A stretch of DNA of 64,000 bases from an uncultured delta proteobacterium. GTDB lineage: Bacteria; Myxococcota; Myxococcia; SLRQ01. This document shows positions 29,550 to 40,218 of the stretch, piece after piece. Position 1 is the stretch's first letter. Every line of letters begins with the position of its first letter. The notes beneath the pieces were generated by a model. It saw nothing but the letters and a program-made list of their open reading frames with translations, made no database searches and was not told the origin of the DNA. The position numbers and the translations under genes are program-made. The stretch is from contig CAVSGM010000003.1 of NCBI GenBank assembly GCA_963727485.1, forward strand, positions 576,001 through 640,000, read 5' to 3'.

Positions 29550-31091
29550 ATGATCCGTGGCCGCCTGCTGGTGCTCCTCGCGCCCCTGGCCGTCGTCGCC
29601 TGCGCGCCGGCGCCGACCACGCAGAAGGGCTTCGGCAAGGGGTTTCTCTTCGGGACCGCCACCGCGGGCTTCCAGGTGGACATGGGCTGCCCCACGCTCC
29701 CGGAAAGCGAGTGCGCCGACAAGAACTCCGACTGGTACGCCTTCGTCACCGACCCGGCGATGGTGGCCGACTCCGCCAACCACCTGGTGGGCCAGGACCC
29801 GGCGGTGGTGGGCCCCGGAGAGTGGGAGCTCTACGAGAGCGACTTCGACCTGGCGAAGAACCAGCTCCACGACAACGCCTTCCGGATGAGCCTCGAGTGG
29901 AGCCGCATCTTCCCCACCCCCACCGTGGGGGTGAGCGGCTACGACGCGCTGAAGCAGATCGCCAACCCCAAGGCCCTGGCCCACTACCACGCGGTCTTCG
30001 CCGCCCTGAAGGCCCGGGGCCTCACCCCCCTGGTGACCCTCAACCACTACACCCTGCCCCTGTGGATCCACGACGGCGTCGGCTGCCACACCGACTTCGC
30101 CCACTGCTCGCCGCGGGGCTGGCTCGACCACGACACCATCGTCCACGAGATCGCCAAGTACGCCGGCTTCGTGGCCCGGGAGTTCGGGGGCGAGGTGGAC
30201 CTGTGGGCGACCCTCAACGAGCCGTTCGCGGTGCTCCTCTCCGGCTACGTCGAGCCCTCGGCCCAGCGGACCAACCCCCCGGCGGTGTTCCTCCAGAGCG
30301 CCGCGGCGAAGCAGGTGTTCACCTCGATGATCGACGCCCACGCGGCGATGTACGACGCGGTGAAGGCGAACGACACCGTGGACGCCGACGGCGACGGGAC
30401 GGCGGCGAAGGTGGGCCTCGTCTACAACATGTCCCCGGTGGCCCCCGCCGACCCCAGCTCCAAGCTCGACCAGGAGGCGGCGCAGAACGTCTTCTACCTG
30501 TGGAACCTGGCGTTCCTCGACGCGGTGGCGAAGGGCGAGTACGACCCGACCCTCTCCAACCAGCCGACGCTGAAGCCGTCCCTCGCCGGGCGCATGGACT
30601 TCATCGGCATCAACTACTACGTGCGCATCGTCGTCGAGGGCACCCCCGAGGCGGCGCTCCCGGACCTCTCGCCCCTGAGCACCTTCAACCCGCTCAGCCT
30701 CAAGACCGACGTCTACCCCGAGGGGATCTACGACATGGTGAAGCTGGTCCACGACCGCTACCACCTGCCGTCGATCATCACCGAGAACGACGGGACCCAC
30801 GTCGCCGACGGGGACCTGAACGCGGAGATCTCCAACCAGGTCCAGGAGCTCCAGTGGCTCCAGAAGGCCCGGGAGGACGGGCTCGGGGTCCAGGGGTGGT
30901 TCTACTGGTCCCTGATGGACAACTACGAGTGGAACCACGGGATGGACATGCACTTCGGGCTCTACGCGGTGGATCCGGGCGATCCGCAGAAGACCCGGAC
31001 GCCCCGGGAGACGGTGCCCATCGTCGCGCGCATCGACGCCGCCGGCGAGGTCCCCGCGGACCTGGCGGCGAAGTACCCCATTTCCAGGTAG
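29550..31091 (+). CDS. glycoside hydrolase family 1, predicted lipoprotein
   Basis: FLFGTATAGFQ, FRMSLEWSRIFP, TLNEP, GINYY, ITEND, WSLMDNYEW; VVAC lipobox. Confidence 0.9.
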   Translation: MIRGRLLVLLAPLAVVACAPAPTTQKGFGKGFLFGTATAGFQVDMGCPTLPESECADKNSDWYAFVTDPAMVADSANHLVGQDPAVVGPGEWELYESDFDLAKNQLHDNAFRMSLEWSRIFPTPTVGVSGYDALKQIANPKALAHYHAVFAALKARGLTPLVTLNHYTLPLWIHDGVGCHTDFAHCSPRGWLDHDTIVHEIAKYAGFVAREFGGEVDLWATLNEPFAVLLSGYVEPSAQRTNPPAVFLQSAAAKQVFTSMIDAHAAMYDAVKANDTVDADGDGTAAKVGLVYNMSPVAPADPSSKLDQEAAQNVFYLWNLAFLDAVAKGEYDPTLSNQPTLKPSLAGRMDFIGINYYVRIVVEGTPEAALPDLSPLSTFNPLSLKTDVYPEGIYDMVKLVHDRYHLPSIITENDGTHVADGDLNAEISNQVQELQWLQKAREDGLGVQGWFYWSLMDNYEWNHGMDMHFGLYAVDPGDPQKTRTPRETVPIVARIDAAGEVPADLAAKYPISR

Positions 31092-31143
31092 GCCCGGGCG
31101 CCTAGGTTCCCCTCGGCCGGCCCACGCCGGCGGGGAGGCGACC

Positions 31144-31518
31144 ATGCCCACGGATTTACAGGCGGTGGTGAAGCAGGCGGCCGAGGCCCTGGAGAAGACC
31201 GGCAACGCCCGGGCGGTCTTCGGCGACCCGGTGAAGCTCGACACCCGGACCATCGTCCCGGTGGCGGCGGTGCTCACCAACCTCGGGATTGGGGGCGGCC
31301 AGGCGACGATCCTCGGGATTGGGGGTGGCGGGGGCCTCAACCTCCGGGTGGTGCCGCTGGGCTACGTCCACGAGACCGACGAGGGCATCGCCTTCACCCG
31401 CATCGAGATCCCCGAGCTCGACAAGCTCCTCGAGGCCGAGGAGCAGCGCGGGCGCCGGGGGGGCGACGGCAAGCGCAAGGGCCTCACCGATCAGCTCCGC
31501 AGCCGCATCGGCCGCTAG
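31144..31518 (+). CDS. YtfJ/GerW-like family protein
   Basis: AVFGDPV....TIVPVA, Gly-rich GIGGG repeats, VVPLGY. Confidence 0.7.
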   Translation: MPTDLQAVVKQAAEALEKTGNARAVFGDPVKLDTRTIVPVAAVLTNLGIGGGQATILGIGGGGGLNLRVVPLGYVHETDEGIAFTRIEIPELDKLLEAEEQRGRRGGDGKRKGLTDQLRSRIGR

Positions 31519-32048
31519 CCCCAGAACAGGCGCACCAGGACGATGGCGGCGATCATCCCGGCGATGTCGGCGGTGAGCGCCGCCGGCAGGGTGTGGCGCA
31601 CCTTCTTGACGCCCACGGCGCCGAAGTAGACGGCGAGGACGTAGAAGGTGGTCTCGGTGGAGCCGGCCATGACGCTGACCATGCGTCCGGCCAGCGAGCC
31701 CGGGCCGTCGGCCTTGAGGACCTCGGCGACCACCCCGTTGGCGGCGCCGCCGGACAGGGGCCGCACCAGGGCCATGGGCAGCACGTCCACGGGGATGCCC
31801 AGGGCCGCGAGCACCGGGTGGAGGGCGCTTGCCACCGCGCCCATGGCCCCGCTCGCCCGGAACATCCCCACCGCCACCAGGATCGCGACCAGGTAGGGGA
31901 TGATGCGCACCCCGATCTCGAAGCCCTCCTTGGCGCCCTCGACAAAGGCCTCGTAGACCCGGACCTTCCGGAGGAGCCCGTAGCCGAGGATCCCCGCGAG
32001 GAGCAGGGGGATGGTCCAGGCGGCGACGGCGTTGACCACCTCACGCAT
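31515..32048 (-). CDS. spmB: spore maturation protein B-like (nucleoside recognition gate)
   Basis: VYEAFVEGAKEGF, RPLSG, GSTETTFYVLAVYFG. Confidence 0.92.
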   Translation of the reverse strand: MREVVNAVAAWTIPLLLAGILGYGLLRKVRVYEAFVEGAKEGFEIGVRIIPYLVAILVAVGMFRASGAMGAVASALHPVLAALGIPVDVLPMALVRPLSGGAANGVVAEVLKADGPGSLAGRMVSVMAGSTETTFYVLAVYFGAVGVKKVRHTLPAALTADIAGMIAAIVLVRLFWG

Positions 32049-32646
32049 CGCGGCGGGCCTCGGGGATGCGGTAGCGCCGCCACCGGGAGAGGACCTTGGC
32101 CAGGACGATGGCCACGGTGGTGCTCACGGTGGTGGCGAGCAGGGTGGGCAGCACGATGTCCGCGGGCTGGGTGGCGCCGGCGGCGGCGCGCAGGGCGATG
32201 ACCGTCGCCGGGACCAGCTGCACCGAGGAGGTGTTGATGGCGAGGAAGAGGGCCATGGCGTCGGTGGCGACCTCCTGCTCGGGGTTGAGGGTCTGGAGGT
32301 CCTGCATCGCCTTGAGGCCCAGCGGGGTGGCGGCGTTGCCCAGGCCCAGCATGTTGGCGGCGATGTTCATCACCATCGAGGCCATGGCCGGGTGGTCGGC
32401 GGGGACGTCGGGGAAGAGCCGGGTCATCACCGGGCGCACCACCCGGCCCAGGGTCTTCACCAGCCCGGCCTCCTCGGCGACCCGCATGATCCCCAGCCAC
32501 AGGGCCATGACCCCCACCAGGCCGATGGAGAGGGTGACCGCGGCCCCGGCGGAGGTCATCGCCGAGGTGCCCACCTGGTCCATGTGGCCGGTGAAGGCGG
32601 CGAAGACCACGGCGACGACCACCAGCGCGACGAAGACGACGTTCAT
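32041..32646 (-). CDS. spmA: spore maturation protein A-like
   Basis: LWLGIM, LFPDVP, ANMLGLGNAATPLGLKAM, INTSSV. Confidence 0.92.
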   Translation of the reverse strand: MNVVFVALVVVAVVFAAFTGHMDQVGTSAMTSAGAAVTLSIGLVGVMALWLGIMRVAEEAGLVKTLGRVVRPVMTRLFPDVPADHPAMASMVMNIAANMLGLGNAATPLGLKAMQDLQTLNPEQEVATDAMALFLAINTSSVQLVPATVIALRAAAGATQPADIVLPTLLATTVSTTVAIVLAKVLSRWRRYRIPEARRDA

Positions 32647-32770
32647 GGGCGTCAAAGGCTAGCCCCGGATCCCGGGGCCCGGAAGTTTCCGGCCGGTTGG
32701 GGGTTCACGGCCCCGTGGCCATGGGCGGGCGGCGCCGGGCAGGCTAGGATGCGCCGCCGAGGAGGGGACG

Positions 32771-33571
32771 ATGAGGGTCTACGTCAGCGCCGACATCGAG
32801 GGGATCGTCGGGTCGGCCGCCTGGTCCCAGGCGACGGTCGGCACCCCCGAGTACCCCGAGCTCGCCGCCCGGATGACCCGGATGGTCGCCGCGGTCTGCG
32901 AGGGGGCGCTCGCCGCCGGGGCCACCGAGGTCCGGGTCCGGGACGCCCACGCCACCGGCCGGAACCTGGTGCCCGAACACCTCCCCGCCGGCGTCGGCCT
33001 CACCCGGGGCTGGAGCGGCCACCCCCTGTCGATGGTCGAGGGCGTGGAGGAGGGCTTCGACGCGGCGATGTTCGTCGGCTACCACGCCCGGGCCGGGTCC
33101 GGGGGCAACCCGCTGGCCCACACCCACTCCTGGTCCCAGGTGATGGAGCTGCGCCTCGACGGCCGGCCGGTCTCCGAGATGGACCTCTACGCCCGGGCTG
33201 CCGCCCTCTTCGAGGTCCCGGTGGTGCTGGTCAGCGGCGACGAGGCGGTGTGCGCCGAGGCCAAGGCGCTCATCCCCGAGGTGACGACCGTCCCGGTGCT
33301 CCGGGGGGTGGGGGCGGCGTCGGTGAGCGTCCACCCGGCGGACGCCGCCGCGGCCCTGCGCGAAGGGGCCCGGGCCGCGCTCACCGCCGGCCCCGACCGC
33401 TGCCGCTTCCCCATTCCGGGTCACACGCGGCTGGAAGTGCGATACAAGGACCCCGCCCGGGCCTTCCAGGCCGGGTTCTACCCCGGAGCGCGCCTGGTGG
33501 ACGACACCACGGTGGCCTTCGAGGCCGACGACTACTTCGAGATCCTCCGCGCCCGGGCCTTCCTGGTGTAG
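32771..33571 (+). CDS. dppA: M55 family D-aminopeptidase (DppA-like)
   Basis: VSADIEG, VRDAH, FVGYHA, LAHT, VSGD. Confidence 0.9.
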   Translation: MRVYVSADIEGIVGSAAWSQATVGTPEYPELAARMTRMVAAVCEGALAAGATEVRVRDAHATGRNLVPEHLPAGVGLTRGWSGHPLSMVEGVEEGFDAAMFVGYHARAGSGGNPLAHTHSWSQVMELRLDGRPVSEMDLYARAAALFEVPVVLVSGDEAVCAEAKALIPEVTTVPVLRGVGAASVSVHPADAAAALREGARAALTAGPDRCRFPIPGHTRLEVRYKDPARAFQAGFYPGARLVDDTTVAFEADDYFEILRARAFLV

Positions 33572-33601
33572 GGCGGGACACCGCCAACGATCCCGCGCGG
33601 T

Positions 33602-33630
33602 TTGACCAGCCGGGGGTGGCGGGCTACAAA
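33602..33630 (+). promoter_or_regulatory. sigma70-type promoter
   Basis: TTGACC-17 nt-TACAAA upstream of the ATG at 33666. Confidence 0.4.
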
Positions 33631-33665
33631 ACGCGCCGACTCGGATTCCCATCTCCGGAGGGGAC

Positions 33666-35648
33666 ATGCTCCACGTGCACAGCGCCAAGCGCCCGGCTTC
33701 CCGGGCCCTGCTCCTCGCCCTCGCGGCCCTCCTCGTGCCCGGTGCGGCGTTCGCCGCCGGGCCGAAGGCCGCCGGTGCCACCGTGGCCCAGGCCACGCCG
33801 ACGAAGGACGCGGCCGCGAAGCCGACACCCGCGGCTCCGGCCAGGTCCACCGCCCCGGCCAAGGACGAGCCGGCGGCCCAGGACGCGGCGGCCCAGGAGA
33901 AGCCCGCCCCCGCCGCCGGGACCCCGAGCCTCTCCGAGGTGGAGAAGAACCTCTCCCCCGGCCTCCGGGCGGCCCTCCACGCCGCGGTGAGCCAGGCGGT
34001 GGACACCCAGGTGAAGGCGGCCCTCGAGAAGCAGAAGGCCGAGATGCAGGCCCAGGTGCGGGCGGCGGTGGCCGCGTCCATGGCCGCCGAGGCCTGGCAG
34101 CCCGAGAAGTGGCAGGTGGAGCCCAAGAAGAAGCTCGACTTCTTCGAGATGCACGGCTACTTCCGCGGCCGCGGCGACGCCTTCGTCAACTTCGACCTCA
34201 ACGAGGGCACCGATCCCCACGGTCAGCCCCTCTTCCCCCGGCCGGCGTGGAGCCACGCCAACGCCGACACCCTGGCCACCGGGAACCAGCGCCTCCGCCT
34301 CGATCCCACCCTCAACGTCTCCGAGGACATCCAGGTCAAGGCCACCGTCGACGTCCTCGACAACCTGGTCTGGGGCTCGACGCCGGACACCTTCCCGGCG
34401 AACCCCAACACCCAGACCGAGCCGCTGCTGGCCTTCACCAACTCCGCGGTACCCCCCGAGGCGGGGGTCAACGCGGCGATCAACTCCATCAGCGTCAAGC
34501 GGGTGTGGGCCCGGATCCGCACCCCGGTGGGCGTGCTCCGCTTCGGCCGGATGCCCAGCAACTGGGGCCTCGGCGTGCTCACCAACGACGGCAACTGCCT
34601 CGACTGCGACTATGGCGACACCGTCGACCGGGTGATGTTCGTCACCAAGATCGGCGACTACTACGTGGCGCCGATGCTCGACACCCCGGCCACCGGGCCG
34701 ATCCTCCAGCGCCAGGACACCTACCAGGGCCAGCCCTTCGACCTCGCCCAGCGCGACGACGTGCAGCAGTACGTCCTGGCGGTGAAGAAGTACGACGCCC
34801 CCGAGGACATCAACAAGATGGTCCTCGACGGCAAGGTGGTCGTGGACTACGGCCTCTACAACGTCCTGCGGGTGCAGAACATCGCCCCCAAGAACGCCCA
34901 GATCTACAACAACGGTGAGCTCAACCGGTCCGACTTCGTGCTGCGCAACATGTGGGCCTACATCCCCGACGCCTGGGTCCGGGTGAACGCCGGGAAGCTG
35001 CGGATCGAGGCCGAGGCGGTGGGCGTGTTCGGGCACATCGGCAACGCCGCCAACACCAACCTCACCGACGCCGCCGTGAGCGTCACCCAGTTCGGCGCCG
35101 TGGCCCAGGCCGAGTACAAGGCGGTCCACGACCGGCTGCACCTCCAGCTCGAGCTCGGCTTCGCCTCCGGCGACAGCGCCCCGGGCATGGGGATCCGCGG
35201 GGCCGGCCTCCCGGTCTCCGCCGGCACCATCGACGGCCCCCAGTACAACGTCGATCCCACCCGCGGGCCCATCGACCACACCTGGAACAACTTCAAGTTC
35301 AACCGGGACTACCACGTCGACCTGATCCTCTGGCGGGAGATCCTGGGCCAGCTCACCGACGCGATGTACATCAAGCCCCAGCTCTCCTACGACCTCACGG
35401 ACACCGGGAGCTTCAGCTTCCTGGTCTCGGCCATCTACAGCCGCACCGTCTTTGCCTCGAGCACCCCGGGCAACGCCAACGACCTGGGCATCGAGGTCGA
35501 CGGCACCCTGCGCTACAAGGCCTCCGACGGCTTCTACGCCCAGGCGCAGTACGGCATCCTCTTCCCCCTGGCGGGGCTCACGGTGACCACCGGTCAGAGC
35601 CCGGCCATCGCCCAGACCGTCCAGGGGATGCTGGCGGTGGAGTTCTAG
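33666..35648 (+). CDS. myxobacterial outer-membrane beta-barrel protein (TIGR04551-like)
   Basis: Signal peptide, HGYFR.R, FGRMPSNWGLG, CLDCDYGDTVDR, DYHVDLILWRE, terminal Phe. Confidence 0.8.
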   Translation: MLHVHSAKRPASRALLLALAALLVPGAAFAAGPKAAGATVAQATPTKDAAAKPTPAAPARSTAPAKDEPAAQDAAAQEKPAPAAGTPSLSEVEKNLSPGLRAALHAAVSQAVDTQVKAALEKQKAEMQAQVRAAVAASMAAEAWQPEKWQVEPKKKLDFFEMHGYFRGRGDAFVNFDLNEGTDPHGQPLFPRPAWSHANADTLATGNQRLRLDPTLNVSEDIQVKATVDVLDNLVWGSTPDTFPANPNTQTEPLLAFTNSAVPPEAGVNAAINSISVKRVWARIRTPVGVLRFGRMPSNWGLGVLTNDGNCLDCDYGDTVDRVMFVTKIGDYYVAPMLDTPATGPILQRQDTYQGQPFDLAQRDDVQQYVLAVKKYDAPEDINKMVLDGKVVVDYGLYNVLRVQNIAPKNAQIYNNGELNRSDFVLRNMWAYIPDAWVRVNAGKLRIEAEAVGVFGHIGNAANTNLTDAAVSVTQFGAVAQAEYKAVHDRLHLQLELGFASGDSAPGMGIRGAGLPVSAGTIDGPQYNVDPTRGPIDHTWNNFKFNRDYHVDLILWREILGQLTDAMYIKPQLSYDLTDTGSFSFLVSAIYSRTVFASSTPGNANDLGIEVDGTLRYKASDGFYAQAQYGILFPLAGLTVTTGQSPAIAQTVQGMLAVEF

Positions 35649-35653
35649 ACGCC

Positions 35654-37054
35654 TTGCCTCGGAAGAGACAGCCGGACCTCCTGCGGGGGCGCTTCGGTGC
35701 CGCCCTCGACGCGGTGGTGGCGCGGCTGAACGCCTCCATCGCCTTCGATCGGCGCCTGGCCCCCGAGGACGCCGAGGGCTCCATCGCCCACGCGCGGATG
35801 CTCGCCGCCCGGGGCGTGATCCCCAAGCAGGATGCGAAGGCCATCGCCCGGGCCCTGCCGGGGGTCCTCGCCGACCTCCTCGCCGGGCGGATCCACGAGG
35901 ACCCGGCCCTCGAGGACGTGCACATGCACCTGGAGTCGGCCCTCACCGCCCGGATCGGCGACGCGGGCCGGCGCCTCCACACCGGTCGCTCCCGCAACGA
36001 CCAGGTGGCCCTCGACCTGCGCCTCTACCTGGTGCGCCGGGGGATCCCCGAGGTCGACCAGGCGATCCGGGCGCTGATGGCCGCCCTGGTGGCCAGGGCC
36101 GCCGACCACGCGGACACGGTGATGCCCGGCTACACCCACCTCCAGCGGGCCCAGCCGGTCACCCTGGGGCACCACCTGCTGGCCTACGTGGAGATGCTCC
36201 ACCGGGACCGGGGGCGGCTGGCCGACGCCAAGGGCCGGACCGACGTCTCGCCCCTGGGGAGCGGGGCGCTGGCGGCGACGCCGTTTCCCGTGGACCGGCA
36301 GGCGGTGGCGCGCGACCTGGGGCTGGCGGGGGTCACCCGCAACTCCATGGACGCGGTGGCCAGCCGGGACTTCGCCCTGGAGACCCTGGCGGCCATCGCC
36401 ATCGCCATGACCCACCTCTCGCGGCTCAGCGAGGAGCTGGTGATGTGGAGCTCGGCGGAGTTCGGGTTCGTGGAGCTCGACGACGCCTTCTGCACCGGCT
36501 CCAGCATCATGCCCCAGAAGAAGAACCCCGACGTCGCCGAGCTCTGCCGGGGCAAGGCCGGGCGCACCTACGGCAACCTCATGGCGCTGCTGGCCACCCT
36601 GAAGGGCCTGCCGCTGGCCTACGACAAGGACCTCCAGGAGGACAAGGAGCCGCTCTTCGACTCCATCGACACCGCTCGCGACTGCTTCACCGCCACCGCC
36701 GGGCTCGTCCGCACCGCCCGCTTCGACACCGAGCGGATGCACGCGGCGCTCCGGGGGGCCTACCTCTCGGCCACCGACGTCGCCGACTTCCTGGTGGAGC
36801 AGGGGGTGCCCTTCCGGGACGCCCACCGGGTGGTCGGGGGGATGGTCGCCGAGTGCAGCCGCCGGGGGATCGAGCTCGACGCGCTCACCGACGCCGAGCT
36901 GAAGGGCTTCCACGGGAAGCTCGGGCCGGCGGTGCGGGCGGTCCTCGACCCGGTGAAGAGCATCCGCCGCCGGTCGGTCGTCGGGGGCCCGGCGCCGAGG
37001 CGGGTGCGCGCCGAGGTCAGGCGCTGGCAGCGGCGCCTGGAGGCCGAGGGGTGA
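35654..37054 (+). CDS. argH: argininosuccinate lyase
   Basis: EDVH, HTGRSRNDQV, MPGYTHLQRAQP, GSSIMPQKKNPD; TTG start assumed. Confidence 0.96.
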   Translation: MPRKRQPDLLRGRFGAALDAVVARLNASIAFDRRLAPEDAEGSIAHARMLAARGVIPKQDAKAIARALPGVLADLLAGRIHEDPALEDVHMHLESALTARIGDAGRRLHTGRSRNDQVALDLRLYLVRRGIPEVDQAIRALMAALVARAADHADTVMPGYTHLQRAQPVTLGHHLLAYVEMLHRDRGRLADAKGRTDVSPLGSGALAATPFPVDRQAVARDLGLAGVTRNSMDAVASRDFALETLAAIAIAMTHLSRLSEELVMWSSAEFGFVELDDAFCTGSSIMPQKKNPDVAELCRGKAGRTYGNLMALLATLKGLPLAYDKDLQEDKEPLFDSIDTARDCFTATAGLVRTARFDTERMHAALRGAYLSATDVADFLVEQGVPFRDAHRVVGGMVAECSRRGIELDALTDAELKGFHGKLGPAVRAVLDPVKSIRRRSVVGGPAPRRVRAEVRRWQRRLEAEG

Positions 37055-37209
37055 GGCGCCGGGTCGCCCTCACCGCCCTCGCGGCGGTGCTCTGTCTTGC
37101 GGGGTGCGGGGTCAAGGCGCCGCCCCGGCCGCCGGTGACCCAGCCCGGCCCGCAGCCGGCGCCCAAGGGCGTCAAGAAGGCCGCCAAGGCCGACTGCCCC
37201 CCGAACTGA
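37051..37209 (+). CDS. lptM: small lipoprotein, LptM/YifL-like
   Basis: RRRVALTALAAVLCLAG-CGVKAPPRPP, located between argH and lysA as is typical for this family. Confidence 0.7.
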   Translation: MRRRVALTALAAVLCLAGCGVKAPPRPPVTQPGPQPAPKGVKKAAKADCPPN

Positions 37210-38475
37210 ATGCACCACTTCGACTACACGGAGGGACGCCTCCACGCCGAGGGCGTCCCCCTCGCGCGCCTCGCCCAGGAGGTGGGCACGCCGGCCTACG
37301 TCTACAGCCGCGCCACCCTCACCCGGCACTTCCGGGTCGTCGACGCCGCGCTTTCGGGCCACCCGCACCTGGTGTGCTTCGCGGTGAAGGCCAACTCCAA
37401 CCTCGCGGTCCTGGGGCTCCTCGCCGAGCTCGGCGCCGGCTTCGACATCGTCTCCGGAGGCGAGCTCGCCCGGGTGCTCAAGGCCGGGGGCGATCCGGCC
37501 AAGGTCACCTTCTCCGGGGTGGGCAAGACCGAGGACGAGCTGACCCTCGCCCTCGAGGCGGGGGTCCGCAGCTTCAACGTGGAGAGCGAGGGCGAGCTCG
37601 AGGCCCTCGACCGGGTCGCCGGGCGCCTGGGGAAGCGGGCGCCGGTGAGCCTCCGGGTGAACCCCGACGTCGACCCCAAGACCCACCCCTACATCGCCAC
37701 CGGCCTCGAGGCGCACAAGTTCGGGATCCCCAGGGACCGGGCCCGGGCGCTCTACGGGAAGGCGGCGGCCCTGGGGCACCTGGAGGTCTGCGGCGTCGAC
37801 TGCCACATCGGCTCCCAGCTCACCGACCTTTCGCCCTTCGTCGACGCCGCCGAGCGGATGCTCGAGCTGGTGCGGGACCTGCGCGCCGACGGACACCCCA
37901 TCCGCCACCTGGACATGGGCGGGGGCCTGGGCATCCCCTACGACGGCGAGACCCCGCCGCTCCCCGACGCCTGGGGGGCGGCCCTCAAGGACGCCGTCGC
38001 CCCGGTCCCCGACCTCGAGCTGGTGGTCGAGCCCGGCCGGGTCATCGCCGGGAACGCGGGGATCCTGCTCACCCGGGTGCTCTATCTCAAGGAGACCGGG
38101 CGCAAGACCTTCGTCATCGTCGACGCCGGGATGAACGACCTCGCCCGGCCGTCCCTCTACCAGGCGCACCACGCCATCTGGCCCGTGGACGCGCCGGCCC
38201 ACGACGCCCCCGAGGTGGTCTGCGACGTGGTCGGCCCGGTCTGCGAGAGCGGGGACTTCTTCGCCCGGGACCGGGCGCTGCCCAAGGTGCGAGCCGGCGA
38301 CCTGGTGGCGGTGATGTCGGCCGGGGCCTACGGCTTCACGATGGCCAGCAACTACAACTCGCGTCCGCGGCCCCCAGAGGTGCTGGTCGACGGTGGTGAC
38401 TACCTTGTGGTCCGCCGCCGGGAATCGATCGCCGATCTCATGCGTGGCGAGCGGACCCTCACCGGCGGCGGCTGA
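37210..38475 (+). CDS. lysA: diaminopimelate decarboxylase
   Basis: [47 protein letters not shown]. Confidence 0.97.
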   Translation: MHHFDYTEGRLHAEGVPLARLAQEVGTPAYVYSRATLTRHFRVVDAALSGHPHLVCFAVKANSNLAVLGLLAELGAGFDIVSGGELARVLKAGGDPAKVTFSGVGKTEDELTLALEAGVRSFNVESEGELEALDRVAGRLGKRAPVSLRVNPDVDPKTHPYIATGLEAHKFGIPRDRARALYGKAAALGHLEVCGVDCHIGSQLTDLSPFVDAAERMLELVRDLRADGHPIRHLDMGGGLGIPYDGETPPLPDAWGAALKDAVAPVPDLELVVEPGRVIAGNAGILLTRVLYLKETGRKTFVIVDAGMNDLARPSLYQAHHAIWPVDAPAHDAPEVVCDVVGPVCESGDFFARDRALPKVRAGDLVAVMSAGAYGFTMASNYNSRPRPPEVLVDGGDYLVVRRRESIADLMRGERTLTGGG

Positions 38476-38511
38476 CGCCCGCGCCGGCCCCCACGACCCC
38501 AAGGAGGACCC

Positions 38512-39393
38512 ATGGCCCGTTTCACCGGAGCGTTCCCCGCCATCGTCACCCCCATGAAGAATGGCGAGATCGACGTCCCCGCCCTCAAGGACCTCGCCGC
38601 CTGGCAGGTGGCCGAGGGGATGACCGGCATCGTGCCCTGCGGCACCACCGGCGAGGGCGCCACCCTCACCCCCGACGAGACCCTCACCGTGGTCCGGGCG
38701 GTGAAGGACGCCGTCGGCGACGGGGTGCCCCTCATCGTCGGCACCGGGAGCAACGACACCGCCCGCACCATCGAGCTGACGAAGAAGGTCGCCGAGCTCG
38801 GCGTCGACGCGGCGCTGGTGGTCACGCCCTACTACAACAAGCCCAGCGCCGAGGGCCTCTTCCTCCACTACCAGGCGGTGGCGAAGGAGGGCGGGCTGCC
38901 GGTGGTGATGTACAACGTCCCCGGCCGCACCGGCACCGACATGAGCCTCGAGAGCATCGTCCGCTGCGCCGGGATCGACGGGGTGGTGGGCATCAAGGAC
39001 GCCTCCAAGACCATGGAGAAGGACCTGGAGATCCGGATGCAGGTCCCGGACGACTTCTCGCTGCTCTCCGGCGACGACTTCACCATCCTGCCCTTCGTCG
39101 CCTGCGGCGGGGACGGGGTGGTCACGGTGGTGGGCAACGTCGCGCCCAAGGACACCGCTTCGGTGGTCAGCGCCTTCGCCCAGGGCGACGTCGCCGAGGC
39201 CCGGCGCCTCCAGGCAAAGCTGTTGCCCCTGACCCGGGCGCTCTTCGCCGAGTCCAACCCCATCCCGGTGAAGGCGGCCCTGGCGATGATGGGGCGCATC
39301 ACCGAGGAGTACCGCATGCCCCTGTGCCCGCCCTCGGACGCGGCCCGGGCGGGGCTGAAGCAGGCGATGCAGGCCTACGGGGGGCTGCTCTGA
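38512..39393 (+). CDS. dapA: 4-hydroxy-tetrahydrodipicolinate synthase
   Basis: CGTTGE, VTPYYNKP, YNVPGRT, GIKDAS, SNPIPVK. Confidence 0.97.
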   Translation: MARFTGAFPAIVTPMKNGEIDVPALKDLAAWQVAEGMTGIVPCGTTGEGATLTPDETLTVVRAVKDAVGDGVPLIVGTGSNDTARTIELTKKVAELGVDAALVVTPYYNKPSAEGLFLHYQAVAKEGGLPVVMYNVPGRTGTDMSLESIVRCAGIDGVVGIKDASKTMEKDLEIRMQVPDDFSLLSGDDFTILPFVACGGDGVVTVVGNVAPKDTASVVSAFAQGDVAEARRLQAKLLPLTRALFAESNPIPVKAALAMMGRITEEYRMPLCPPSDAARAGLKQAMQAYGGLL

Positions 39394-40217
39394 TGGCGAA
39401 GACCCGGGTGGTGGTCACCGGCGCCTCCGGGCGCATGGGCGCGCGGATCATCCACATGGTCCGCGAGGATCCGGGCACCGAGCTGGTGGGCTCCACCGAG
39501 CGGCCGGGGACGGCGGCGGTGGGCCTCGACGCCGGGCTGGCGGCGGGCCTCGGGGCCCTGGAGGTCCCGGTGAGCGAGGGCCTGGAGAAGTCCTTCGAGA
39601 CCGCCGGCGCGGCCCCGGAGGTGGTCATCGACTTCACCCACGCCGACGCCTCCGCCGAGCACGCGCGGATCTGCGCCGAGCACGGGGTGGCGCTGGTGGT
39701 CGGGAGCACCGGCTTCGACGACGAGACCCGCGCCAAGGTCGAGGCCGCGGCGACGAAGATCCCGGTGGTGATGGCGCCGAACATGAGCGTGAGCGTGAAC
39801 CTCATGTTCCTCCTGGCCCGGCAGGCCGCGGCGATCCTCGGTGAGGGCTACGACGCCGAGATCTTCGAGATCCACCACCGGATGAAGAAGGACGCCCCCT
39901 CGGGGACGGCGCTGCGCCTCGGGGAGGTGGTCGCCGAGGCCACCGGCAAGGACCTCCGGGAGGTCGGGGTCTACAACCGCCACGGGATGACCGGGCCCCG
40001 CACCGACGCCGAGATTGGCATCCAGTCGGCGCGGGGGGGCGACGTGGTCGGGGAGCACACGGTGTTCTTCTTCGGCGACGGAGACCGGGTGGAGCTGACC
40101 CACCGGGCCACCAGCCGGGCGACCTTCGCCCGGGGGGCGGTGCGGGCGGCGCGGTGGGTGGTGGGCCGCGCGCCGGGGCTCTACGGGATGGCCGAGGTGC
40201 TCGGCTTCGAGGGATGA
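39393..40217 (+). CDS. dapB: 4-hydroxy-tetrahydrodipicolinate reductase
   Basis: [39 protein letters not shown]. Confidence 0.97.
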   Translation: MAKTRVVVTGASGRMGARIIHMVREDPGTELVGSTERPGTAAVGLDAGLAAGLGALEVPVSEGLEKSFETAGAAPEVVIDFTHADASAEHARICAEHGVALVVGSTGFDDETRAKVEAAATKIPVVMAPNMSVSVNLMFLLARQAAAILGEGYDAEIFEIHHRMKKDAPSGTALRLGEVVAEATGKDLREVGVYNRHGMTGPRTDAEIGIQSARGGDVVGEHTVFFFGDGDRVELTHRATSRATFARGAVRAARWVVGRAPGLYGMAEVLGFEG

Positions 40218-40218
40218 G

